Source: Thermodesulfobacteriota bacterium
Lineage (GTDB): Bacteria > Desulfobacterota > Desulfarculia > JACQYL01
DNA: 64,000 nucleotides
Assembly: GCA_963675595.2 (NCBI GenBank)
Contig: CAXXLZ010000001.1
Span: 736,001 to 800,000 of the forward strand
Direction: 5' to 3'
The position numbers were made by a program, and so were the translations under genes. Positions 42,143 through 51,684 of this stretch are shown in pieces. The notes below the pieces were generated by a model, which had not been told where the DNA came from, ran no database searches, and saw nothing but the letters and a program-made list of their open reading frames with translations. Position 1 is the first letter of the stretch. Each line of letters opens with the position of its first letter.

Positions 42143-42981
42143 GAGACTTCTCCTTTACTTCGGCTCGGGAGCACAAGCCGGGTTCGTGGTCCATGAAAGT
42201 CCCTCCGGCGATTCACCGAGGGCCGGAGGCCCGGCTGCGCGAGATGGCAGCTTCCTTGGATGGAATGCGGATTCAAGGCCTTGTTCCCGTTGTTGAAACC
42301 AACGCGCCGCAAAGCGGGATGAAGGAGCTGCTTCTCTCGTAGTCGGCGGTTGAAGGGAAATGCGTATTCGAGGTCGTGTTCGAGCATCAAGCGGAGAGAG
42401 AACCTTCTTGGGAGAAAAATCAACAATCAAAGCCAGTATATCATATTTATTTCCATCGGGAAGATGAAAAATGTGAATGGAATGAGTAGATTGTCATACA
42501 ATGTGACGGGACCCCGGCAGGTGAAGACTATTCATGCTTTTCGGACAAGCCGATGTTTGAAGAATACCGCATCACCGACAGTCACCCGAGTCCGTTCCAA
42601 GACCTTTGCCGACCCTCCCGTATGGGGCGGAAGGACGCCGACGTGGTTTGGGCATATTGGCGTCATGTTGTATTGATGAGCAATCGACTATTGTTGTTAT
42701 GAATCAGGAATACATTTTCCGTCTAGTATGGAATATGGTTGGTAGGCAGCAGCTCATAGCGTCTATTCCATCGTATGTATGTTCCATTCATGATTCACCT
42801 GGTTGATTACATTGCTGTGTTTCTTGAATGGCGTTGTACTTTGGTTTTGCATGTCTTTAGGAAAAATAAGCACTTCAAGAGCAGGGTGTCGAAGAGACCG
42901 ACACCGAACATGGGCTGGGTCGCTGAGTTGTTGACGTGTCCAACGGCCGGGGGAGAGAAGTTCGAATGCGTACGGCCGGAC

Positions 42982-45900
42982 CTACCGGGAACCGGCGCGC
43001 CGGTCTTCAATGCCCAGACGGGCCAGCAAGTCATCCGTTGGTTTGCCGTCGGCGGCGTACCCTCGCACCTTGTAGTATCGATCCAACAAGGCGTCGAGAG
43101 GGATCGTACGCCTTTGCTCGTCCGACTCCCGGTATTCGGAGAGCAGCCGCGGCGGGAGGATATCGTCTTTCCGACCGATTCCCTCGCGGGTGTTCATGTA
43201 GCGTTCCAGCACATGAATCCGTTCGCCTGCGGTGATGAACTCCTTGCAGGACAGGGGAGCGCCGGTCACTGAGGACCAGAGGTCTCGATAGAGGCCGAAA
43301 TCGATCAAACGTAACGCCGCCTTGGGTAGGTTCTGCATGATGAACCCCAGCAGAAAATGCGGTGTGTACTTGGTCAAGGGGGGTTCGAACACGTAGGCGA
43401 AGGCCGTGAATTGACAGGTCTGCAAGGAGTTCACGCAGCAGTACAGGTTTTCCAGGAATGCGATGAAGTCCGCCTTGGCGCCCACACGAAACGGATTCAG
43501 CAGGCCGAACAGCACTTCCAGGGCCACGGGATAGGCGGACAGGTGACAGCCGCCGCGATTGGCCACGGCATAGGACAGCGCCTGCCCAAAGCATCCTCTC
43601 GGATCATAGGCGGACACTTCCATTCCCTTCACGTGCACGGCGAAATCCTCACCGCCGTATTTCTCCGCCAGTGCACGGCTGCCCATGCCCATTTCCGCGC
43701 CGAAGCCGCGTGCGTATCCGATATCGTACAGCGCGTCGGCCACGCCCTTAGGTTCGCCGAACCTGAGCTCGCTCCGAATGAGCCCCTTTTCGGTGGCTTC
43801 CATCACCCAGGCGAAGGTCCCACCGGTGGAGATGGTATCCATGCCCATGTCGGCGCAGATTCGGTTCCACTCGGCGATGACGTCGCCGTCGAAGACGCCC
43901 AGGTTGGACCCGAGAAGACCCACGGTTTCATACTCGGGGATGGGAAGCGACTTGCCCTCGAAGGTTCCTTTATGGCCGCACATGATGGAGCAGGGGATGC
44001 AGAAATGCGGTTTGGAGGCGTGCTTTTCCGCGAGAGTTCGTCCGGAAAGCTTCATGCCCTCGTCGTGCCGGCCGTCCTGGAAGTTGCGAACCGGCAGGAT
44101 GTTGTTGTTATTCGTGAACTCCGTGTTGGACGCGGTGCCGAAGTTGCGCAGTACACGCGACGTCATGTCGTTGGAACGGATGTAGGATAGGGCACGTTTC
44201 TTCGCTTTGCGGAACGCGGCCTCGTTCTTGGGAAGAATCTTGGTGTAGCCGCCCTTGGCGACAATGCCTTTGACGTTTTTAGAGCCCAAGACCGCACCCA
44301 GGCCGCCGCGTCCCAGAAACCGGTCGCCGGACCTCACATTAGCAAACCGCACCCCGTTTTCGCCGGCCGGACCGATGACCAGTGCCGCAGTCCCTTTCTC
44401 GCCCGTCATTCGCGCCTGGGCTTCCGAAGTGGTCAGGCCCCACAAATCGCCGGCATCGTGAAAGGTTACCTTGTCCCGATCGACTTCGATGAATATCTTG
44501 GTTTCGGACTTTCCTTTGATGATGATGCCGTCCCAACCGGCGGTCTTCAAGGCCATGCCGAAGGGGCCTCCGCAAGAGGAAGCGGTCATGATTCCGGTGA
44601 GCGGGGATTTGGTCACCGCGGCGAAACGACCGGTGCAGGGCGCGCCGGTGCCCATGAGCACTCCGGGCATGACAACCACCATGTTTTCCTCGGATAATGG
44701 ATCGATTCCCGGCTCGACGCGATCGTAATAGAGCTTCAGGCCGAGCCCCTTGCCTCCCAGATATGCTCGGCGCTCCATTTCACTCACATGGTGGACTTGC
44801 CAGGTGCGCGTGGTCGGATCAACTTCCAGAACCCGGTTGGACGGCCCGGATTGTTCCCTCGCCCCCTCGCCGCCATAGGCTTGATTCAGCACGTCCAAGG
44901 CGTCATGCAGGTCCATCTCCACCGGGTTGAATACCAGCGAACCGTCGTTGATTGCGGCCTCCGCCACCGCTTCGAGCTGATCCCGATCCACTCCGGCTTC
45001 GGTCAGCGTCAAGGGCAAACCGCACAACTCGTGTAATGTTTCGCGCAGGTCCTCCACCAATTCGATGGTCTTGTGTGCTCTCTCCGCTTGGGGGGTCGTC
45101 GCGTAGATTTCCGGACCGCCCAGAGGGAGCAGCAGTCCTCCGATCCACTCGGCCGCCTTGGGCAGGTTGTACCTCAGTCCGTGGGGCAGAAAGATGGACA
45201 TGGCCACCCCATGCGGAACGTGAGCCAGACTTCCCACCGCGTGTCCGAGACTGTGCACCATCCCCACCATGGAATTGGAGAAGGCCGCCCCGGCCATACA
45301 GGCGGCGTTGGCCATGGCCAGCCTTGCATCGACGTCTTTTCCGTTTTTGACCGCCTTCACCAGGTTGTCCCGGATCAGGGAGATGGCGGCCAACGCGTGT
45401 GCGTCGCTGATGGGATTATTCTGCAGGCAGATGTAGGCTTCCATGGCGTGACTCAAGGCGTCCATGCCGGTGGCCGCCGTGATGCGGGGCGGCATGGTCG
45501 ACATCATACGGGTGTCCAGAACCGCCACTTTGGGCAACAGGTGATAAGAGGTGAACAGCATCTTCATGCTCTTCTTGGTATCGTTGATCACGGCCACCAG
45601 GGTCACCTCCGACCCGGTACCCGATGTGGTGGGGACAACGATCAGCGGCTTCATGGGTTTTTTCAACATCTCCGCTCCCATGAACCGGGAAAGATCGTCC
45701 GATTTCTCCGTGATGACGATATTGACCCCTTTGGCCGTGTCGATGGCCGATCCGCCTCCCACGGCAATGAGGGAATCGCAGCCGGCGGCACGGTAAATCT
45801 TGGAGATTTCGTTCACCGTTTCCACGGAAGAATCCGGTGGTGTTTCATCAAAGACGGCGCCGATGGTCACGCCGGAATCCGCAAACGCGCCTTTCACGAT

Positions 45901-46062
45901 GTCTATGAGACCGGCGCGTACCACGCCTTTGTCCGTGATGATCATGGGGCGTGCGGCGGCGAGTTGCTCCAATTCGAAGGGAAGATTCTCCAGCGCCTTA
46001 TGACCGGAAATGATCTTCACCGGGTTGTGGAACTCATAGTAGGGTGGAATCCTGGTATTCAT
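42982..46062 (-). CDS. Fusion: iron-containing alcohol dehydrogenase + aldehyde:ferredoxin oxidoreductase (AOR/WOR family)
   Basis: Approx. aa 1-395: GGGSAIDTAK, PTTSGTGSEVT, DALSHAME, VHSLGH..HG. Approx. aa 405-1026: YLGGKG, KSPLTG, GPAGEN, GRGGLGAVLGSKN, CIPCSIMC, EYET, DTIS, RGGCH, DDILPPRL. Confidence 0.92.
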   Translation of the reverse strand: MNTRIPPYYEFHNPVKIISGHKALENLPFELEQLAAARPMIITDKGVVRAGLIDIVKGAFADSGVTIGAVFDETPPDSSVETVNEISKIYRAAGCDSLIAVGGGSAIDTAKGVNIVITEKSDDLSRFMGAEMLKKPMKPLIVVPTTSGTGSEVTLVAVINDTKKSMKMLFTSYHLLPKVAVLDTRMMSTMPPRITAATGMDALSHAMEAYICLQNNPISDAHALAAISLIRDNLVKAVKNGKDVDARLAMANAACMAGAAFSNSMVGMVHSLGHAVGSLAHVPHGVAMSIFLPHGLRYNLPKAAEWIGGLLLPLGGPEIYATTPQAERAHKTIELVEDLRETLHELCGLPLTLTEAGVDRDQLEAVAEAAINDGSLVFNPVEMDLHDALDVLNQAYGGEGAREQSGPSNRVLEVDPTTRTWQVHHVSEMERRAYLGGKGLGLKLYYDRVEPGIDPLSEENMVVVMPGVLMGTGAPCTGRFAAVTKSPLTGIMTASSCGGPFGMALKTAGWDGIIIKGKSETKIFIEVDRDKVTFHDAGDLWGLTTSEAQARMTGEKGTAALVIGPAGENGVRFANVRSGDRFLGRGGLGAVLGSKNVKGIVAKGGYTKILPKNEAAFRKAKKRALSYIRSNDMTSRVLRNFGTASNTEFTNNNNILPVRNFQDGRHDEGMKLSGRTLAEKHASKPHFCIPCSIMCGHKGTFEGKSLPIPEYETVGLLGSNLGVFDGDVIAEWNRICADMGMDTISTGGTFAWVMEATEKGLIRSELRFGEPKGVADALYDIGYARGFGAEMGMGSRALAEKYGGEDFAVHVKGMEVSAYDPRGCFGQALSYAVANRGGCHLSAYPVALEVLFGLLNPFRVGAKADFIAFLENLYCCVNSLQTCQFTAFAYVFEPPLTKYTPHFLLGFIMQNLPKAALRLIDFGLYRDLWSSVTGAPLSCKEFITAGERIHVLERYMNTREGIGRKDDILPPRLLSEYRESDEQRRTIPLDALLDRYYKVRGYAADGKPTDDLLARLGIEDRRAGSR

Positions 46063-46098
46063 CGGTCCCCTCTCGTAGGCACTTCAGGAAGGTTCCTT

Positions 46099-46626
46099 CT
46101 ATTTTCCAAACGGCACGCCCAAAGCATAAATCTTGATCCGAACCCACTGCTTCCGCAGCGGCATGGGAGGGAGTCGTTTCATGATGCGCCTGTTGATGAA
46201 GGAAGGGAACAGGTGGCCCATGAGGATGTTCACGCACCGGGTAAATACCATGGCGTAGGCCAATATGCCCGCGACGCTGATGCGGTGTTCCGCGAAGCCC
46301 TGCGGGGTGCCGATCTGTGCGGTGAGCACCATGAAGGCGCTTTCCGTGTTCTTGAAGCTGATCGTGAGCTCCGCGTCTTCCGGTCCTCCGCCCAGGTATC
46401 GGAGCCCTGCGTCGCTCTTCAGGAGGGTCATGGCGGCACCACAGGGCGACACTCTCATTTGAATCCTGAATCCCTCCGGGATGGACGCGAGTTCCCGTTT
46501 CACGTCCGGGTCATGCATGGATGCCGACTGCAACCCCCGTCCCATGATGAAAAACACCATGCGGATGATCAGGGTCTTCAAACGCTTGGTCCCCGGTGGG
46601 ATCGGAGGAAATTTCAGCTCCTGCAT
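46099..46626 (-). CDS. SCP2 sterol/lipid-binding-like protein
   Basis: AELTISFKNTESAFMVLT...FAEHRISVAG resembles the SCP2 C-terminal pattern; GGAGG RBS; 36 bp upstream of the ADH-AOR start. Confidence 0.55.
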   Translation of the reverse strand: MQELKFPPIPPGTKRLKTLIIRMVFFIMGRGLQSASMHDPDVKRELASIPEGFRIQMRVSPCGAAMTLLKSDAGLRYLGGGPEDAELTISFKNTESAFMVLTAQIGTPQGFAEHRISVAGILAYAMVFTRCVNILMGHLFPSFINRRIMKRLPPMPLRKQWVRIKIYALGVPFGK

Positions 46627-46904
46627 GAAACCTCCTTGGCGGCCTCGGTTCGTCTTTTTCATGGCGATTCGTTTTATCCCACCCTTCCGTGTGGAGGAGG
46701 AGCCATTCGCGCGATCGGACGCGGCCGCAAGGGTCCGCCTTCTGGAACAAACTCAGTATACTCACAACTCCGTTCCCTGGTCACCGGTTTTCGGAGAGAG
46801 CGAGCGGTTCTACCGCGAACGCAATCCTCGGCCGTGAATCAAATCGGATGGATTGTTCACCGTCCTTTTGTGGTGACATAAGAGATATTTCCACTGTCAT
46901 GCAC

Positions 46905-46936
46905 AAAAAAGCGGGAATCTTCGTTGAGATTCCCGC
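46905..46936 (-). terminator. Intrinsic terminator after the C1 peptidase gene
   Basis: GCGGGAATCT...AGATTCCCGC stem followed by T6 on the minus strand. Confidence 0.85.
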
Positions 46937-47015
46937 CTGTCGTGAGTTATCGCTGTAATTATTTCACGAAACCCGTTGAGATTAGAGTCGGGCTCCGGAG
47001 CCTCTCAAAGAACCC

Positions 47016-49559
47016 TCATTCCATGCCCACCGGCTCGAATGTCTTCGAGATCATGATGTTCAGATCGGGCCGGCTGGACAGCACCGCCTTTGCGGAATCC
47101 GTATCCGTCACGGTGATGGTCAGCTGCTCACCCGTATGGGCCATGTGGGGAGCGGAAAAGACGTTTTTGAAAAACTCGCCCAAAAACGGGTGGAAATCCT
47201 CACCGTCGTAGGTATACACCGCCAGGGCGGAACCCACTTCATATTCCTGCAGATACAGGTTGAACCCCAGGTCCGCGCACTTCCAAATGCCCGAATGCAG
47301 GGTCTCTTTTGCGGGGAAGGTCTTGGTAATGGGTACTTGAACGGTGACGGGAGGCGTCTTCGTGTTGTCCGTGAGTACGGCGGTTCCCTGGGTGTCGGAA
47401 GAAAACACGATTTTCAAGGTTCGTTGCTGCTTCGGGTCCATGGAATCGGCCTGGAAGGTCCCGGAGTTGAACATGTCCGCCAGGAAGGCATAGAGGGAAG
47501 TGGGGTCCCCGGCGTAAATCACCACGGTGGACGCCGTGTCGTAATGCTGCACGTAAAAGTTGTAGTCCACTTTGTCCACGTTTCCCTTCCAGATGCCGGA
47601 ATAGGGAAGGTCGGCGATGCGAAGGCCGAAATGACCGGGCCCGCTGAGCACACCCAGTTCCCAGGTGTGATAGTAGAAGTCGGCGGAGCTGCCCCAAATC
47701 CAAAGGTGGTGCTGTTCCTCCCCATCCACCGCCGCGATGCTTCCGGAACTCTGCCCCAGTTCCGCCGTCACCGGGTAGTAGCCTCCGGCGGAAAGAGAGC
47801 CCATATCCTGTACGTCGAAGAGTTGTTCCGAGCCTCCATCGAAGTACAGTTTGTATTGATCCAGCCACCTCGCCCGCTCGAAAGAGGCGGATTCGTGCCC
47901 TATGTCGATATGGGTCCGGTATAGCAGCGCACCGTAATCGTGTCCGCTCCACGTCGTGGTGCCGGCTGCGAAATTGGCGTGAATCTGCGGATTGGAGGAG
48001 TTGATGAGTTCGAGCTCGAATTCCTGGCCGTTCAACTCCACGGAGTCGCCGTAAGCGTCGGGAGCACCCTCCGGGTTGTCGAAGTCGATGTATAAACGGA
48101 TCATATAACCCGCGCCGTCCAATATTTTTCCGGTCACCTCATGAGCGACGCCGTCGGACCCATAGTACGAACCCAGCCGCGCGTAGGAGTTGGCCGTGAC
48201 GTCCGAGAATTCGCCCGCCTGGACGTCCGTGGGGGGCATGGGTCTCGTTCGCCGGATGACGAGACGTCCGAGGTGTCCGTCATGATCCATATTCCATTCC
48301 CCCATCCACATGGCTTCGGGATTTTGACCCAGGAAGGGGCTCCTGACGCCGAGGACCACCGCGCCGCCGCCCGCCTGTTTCTCGATGTAATCGTAGGGAA
48401 CCCACAGGTAGGGAAGGTCGGGACCCCAGGAATTCTTGAGCAGGAGGAGCTTGCGTGTTCTGTCGTAGCCGATGATGAGGAGGGCGTGCCCGCTGACGGC
48501 ATCCTCGGTGTGGTTGGTGAAATCGCAAATGGGGTTCCCGTCGTCGTAGGTCTGTCCCGTATTACAGTCCAGATAGGGCTGATTGGCGCCACCCGGCTGG
48601 GACGCCGGGGGAGCGGCCTCCCAATTCAATCCGATGTAGACCTCCTTCTGATCCGCCAGGGTGTCCTCGATCAGCGAACTGTCCCTGGCCTCCGTCATGG
48701 TAAGAATCAACACACGTGTTGGTCCGTATTCGGCATTCTTCCGAGCGTCCAGGGGGATGAGCCGTTCATCGAATTCGTACGCGTCCAGCGCTTCCTGAGT
48801 CAGGGTGATTGCGGTTGCATTGCCCTTGTCGTCGAACTGATCGCACACCATACCCGAGTCCGTAACGATCGTGGCCCGGTCGGCGTCGCCGTGATAGGTC
48901 CCGTACTTATAGAGCTGGACATTGGCTCTGCCGAAATAAGGGGCATACTTCTCCAGAGGCAGGAACAGTCCGTTGGTGGCCGCCAAGGCGTGCCCGGGCA
49001 ACGTATGATCGGTATGGGTTCCGCACTGGGAAGTCCAGTTGTCGTGCATGAGTTCCGGCCGGTACGAGGCGTGGCTGGTGAAGACAATATGGATGAAATA
49101 TTCTTCCGAAAGATCGAACTCCTCACAACCCGCGTAACATTCAGGCGTGACGCAAATGAGGCTGCAATCGTTGGTGATGCCGTATTCCTGCCAGCGGGTC
49201 CATCCATCGGTGTACCGGTTCAGTTCGTGCAACCCATAAGTGCGGACGTACGCCGCCTCGAGGGCGCCGAGAAAGGCGAAGGACGGGCAGGAGCCGCGGT
49301 TGTTCTGGTCCTTCACTTCCGTTTGATAGGCCTTCAAGTCCAAATAGTCCGCGCTCGCGGGAGCCAGGGAAGCTCTAAATTCTTCCAACAGTTTCTTCTG
49401 TTCGGGCGAGACGGAGCGAATGGTCAGGCTTTCGGCGGGAACCAGGGTCGGCGGATCGTCGTATGCTCCCACGGCCTTGCCGGAATGGGCCTGTCGGGTC
49501 GGAACCAATGTGCAGAGCATTGCGACGACAAGAAGCAATCTCACAAGACCTGTGCGCAT
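47016..49559 (-). CDS. Secreted C1-family (papain-like) cysteine peptidase with C-terminal tandem repeat
   Basis: Signal peptide; VKDQNNRGSCPSFA (Q/C), DLSEEY, GHALLIIGY (H), KNSWG (N). Confidence 0.88.
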   Translation of the reverse strand: MRTGLVRLLLVVAMLCTLVPTRQAHSGKAVGAYDDPPTLVPAESLTIRSVSPEQKKLLEEFRASLAPASADYLDLKAYQTEVKDQNNRGSCPSFAFLGALEAAYVRTYGLHELNRYTDGWTRWQEYGITNDCSLICVTPECYAGCEEFDLSEEYFIHIVFTSHASYRPELMHDNWTSQCGTHTDHTLPGHALAATNGLFLPLEKYAPYFGRANVQLYKYGTYHGDADRATIVTDSGMVCDQFDDKGNATAITLTQEALDAYEFDERLIPLDARKNAEYGPTRVLILTMTEARDSSLIEDTLADQKEVYIGLNWEAAPPASQPGGANQPYLDCNTGQTYDDGNPICDFTNHTEDAVSGHALLIIGYDRTRKLLLLKNSWGPDLPYLWVPYDYIEKQAGGGAVVLGVRSPFLGQNPEAMWMGEWNMDHDGHLGRLVIRRTRPMPPTDVQAGEFSDVTANSYARLGSYYGSDGVAHEVTGKILDGAGYMIRLYIDFDNPEGAPDAYGDSVELNGQEFELELINSSNPQIHANFAAGTTTWSGHDYGALLYRTHIDIGHESASFERARWLDQYKLYFDGGSEQLFDVQDMGSLSAGGYYPVTAELGQSSGSIAAVDGEEQHHLWIWGSSADFYYHTWELGVLSGPGHFGLRIADLPYSGIWKGNVDKVDYNFYVQHYDTASTVVIYAGDPTSLYAFLADMFNSGTFQADSMDPKQQRTLKIVFSSDTQGTAVLTDNTKTPPVTVQVPITKTFPAKETLHSGIWKCADLGFNLYLQEYEVGSALAVYTYDGEDFHPFLGEFFKNVFSAPHMAHTGEQLTITVTDTDSAKAVLSSRPDLNIMISKTFEPVGME

Positions 49560-49735
49560 GGTATGGACTCCTTTATGCTTGGGTGAGATTCGGGAAGGCA
49601 TCCTTGAAAGTCGATGCCTTTCATTGCATTATCCTGCGGGGCTTCTTCCCTTATTTCTCCCCAATAGATTGCTGAATCATTGCGTCTTTCCGGTACTTGG
49701 CCCGGAAACCGTACCGAACCTTCGTGATTGACTTA

Positions 49736-50272
49736 TTACAGCACGATTCTCACTGCGATGGCCAGCAGAATGGCGCCGCCCAGGCAGCCGACTTTTCGTC
49801 CATAGCTCTGGGAGAGGCGACTTCCGAGCTTCATGGCCGCGACTGTCATCAAAGCTGTAATGATGCCGATAAAGATGGAACTCACGAAGAGGCTTCTTGC
49901 CGTAATTCCGTAGCTGAATCCCACCCCCAGTGCGTCCAGGCTGGTGGCCAGGGAAAGCACGAACACCATGAGTCCTTTGGTGGGGTCGAGGGTATCGTCT
50001 CCGCTTTCTACCGCTCCGATACCGTCTTTGATCATCTTAATTCCCAACAGCACCAACATAGTGAAAGCGATCCAGGGGGCCCATTGGGAGGCGAAGACCA
50101 CGAGCCGCTTGCCCACGAACCACCCCACAAGGGGCATGAACCACTGGGCGAAGCCGAAACTTAAAGAGAGACGCAGGATATGAGGCGCGGCGCTGTATCG
50201 GGTTCCGACGCCGAGTCCCACGGCAAATGCATCGGATCCGAGGGCTATTCCGAGGAGGAGGGTTTCCAGCAT
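49736..50272 (-). CDS. mntP: Manganese efflux pump MntP
   Basis: ALGSDAFAV, QWFMPLVG, ATSLDALGVG, GGAIL. Confidence 0.9.
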   Translation of the reverse strand: MLETLLLGIALGSDAFAVGLGVGTRYSAAPHILRLSLSFGFAQWFMPLVGWFVGKRLVVFASQWAPWIAFTMLVLLGIKMIKDGIGAVESGDDTLDPTKGLMVFVLSLATSLDALGVGFSYGITARSLFVSSIFIGIITALMTVAAMKLGSRLSQSYGRKVGCLGGAILLAIAVRIVL

Positions 50273-50683
50273 GAAGACCTCGCCCGTTGCCGGAATCGGC
50301 GGGCATGATCGCCCGAAAGTACGGTGACTTCGGGCTATGAGGCGGCAAGTCCGTCCGCGGCGGGCTTCCCACCATTGTGAATCCGCATGAGGGTCGATCC
50401 GTTCCCGGTGCGAACCCGGGAACCCCGAAGAGCATTCAGGTTTGGGAGCACAAACCCGACAATCGGCTGGAGCATACCCTTACCGATGGGTTGAAAGCAA
50501 TACCCACAAGCGGCGCTCGATCAAGGATTACATGGTTTGCGGGGAAGATTTGGAGGCGTTATCGGAAGACTTGATCAGCGTAATCCCCGAGCGTACGCAG
50601 GGTGAAGCGACTCGATCCTGTGGCATGCCTTAGACGTGGTTCAAGGCGTTGACTTTTTCGAGGGCCGGCGATCTAATGAGCCC

Positions 50684-51616
50684 ATGCTGATCAAGAAATA
50701 TTTCCGGCCGATCAACTTTCTACTCGTGGGTCTGATGGCGTGGTCCGCCGCGCGGCTGGGCGTGACGCTCGTGAGTTCCCACTTGGAACCTCCGGTCCGC
50801 ATTTCACCCTCTTCCACGGTAGAACCCGCTGAGCTTGATCGTGGAGTCTCCGGGATACAGGCGTTTTCGGCCATCACGAGGAACAATATCTTCAATCCCG
50901 GCGCCGGGACGCCCGCCGTACGCGTCGCCCCCAAAAAGGCGGCCAAGGAAATCCGGGGGGACGATGCCGAGAATCTTCCGGACACGGATCTGCGCGTCGT
51001 GCTTCAGGGTACGGTGGTGGCCGAGGATGCGGCTTATTCCTTTGCGGTGATCCGAGACGACGCCGCCGGTGGGAAGCAGAAACTGCTCCAGCCCGGCGAG
51101 GAAATCCAGGGTGCAAGCCTCAAGGCCGTGCTTTGGCGGAAAGTGATTCTGGAACGCAACGGACGGGAAGAGGTGCTGGCCATGCCTGAGGACGACCTGC
51201 ACAGGAAGAGGAAGAGTGGTTCCCCACTTGTCGCGGGAGAGGTCCCTTCCGAGGAGGCCCGTGGCGTTTCTCCGGATGCGGTGAGGCAGGTGGACGATCA
51301 GACTTACGTTGTGGATCGAGGTGAGTTCGAGGGCATGATCAGCAACGTCAACCAATTCATGACTCAGCTTCGAGTCCGGCCCTATTTTGTCAACGGAAAA
51401 CCCGCGGGGTACCTGGTGAGCGACATTCGGCCGGGGAGCGTAATCGAGGAGCTGGGGATTCGAAACGGGGACATCCTGCAGGGTGTTAACGGTGCGCCCA
51501 TCACTCACCCTGAACAAGCCTTTGCCGCCTACCAACTGCTTCAACAGGAATCCGAGCTGACCCTGGAAATCAAGCGCGGCCCTGAAACTCACGTGTTCAA
51601 CTACCAGCTCAAGTAG
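50684..51616 (+). CDS. gspC: Type II secretion system protein C (TM-HR-PDZ)
   Basis: N-terminal TM, RNNIF, LQGTVV..FAVI, VILERNGREEVL, PDZ GIRNGDILQGVNG. Confidence 0.85.
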   Translation: MLIKKYFRPINFLLVGLMAWSAARLGVTLVSSHLEPPVRISPSSTVEPAELDRGVSGIQAFSAITRNNIFNPGAGTPAVRVAPKKAAKEIRGDDAENLPDTDLRVVLQGTVVAEDAAYSFAVIRDDAAGGKQKLLQPGEEIQGASLKAVLWRKVILERNGREEVLAMPEDDLHRKRKSGSPLVAGEVPSEEARGVSPDAVRQVDDQTYVVDRGEFEGMISNVNQFMTQLRVRPYFVNGKPAGYLVSDIRPGSVIEELGIRNGDILQGVNGAPITHPEQAFAAYQLLQQESELTLEIKRGPETHVFNYQLK

Positions 51617-51684
51617 GTTTCTCGGCCTGCCTTTCTCGGCATGAACTTTCGTTTTCCCTCAAAGACGCAATCCGTTCCGGATGG

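Noticed and set aside
45073-46881. 602-aa plus-strand ORF
   Set aside because: Antisense shadow of the ADH-AOR and SCP2-like genes; no recognisable motifs
48141-49586. 481-aa plus-strand ORF
   Set aside because: Antisense shadow of the C1 peptidase
50273-50683. yybP-ykoY manganese riboswitch upstream of mntP
   Set aside because: Hairpins are present but the conserved GGGGAGUA and CAAUAC-type cores were not found on the minus strand
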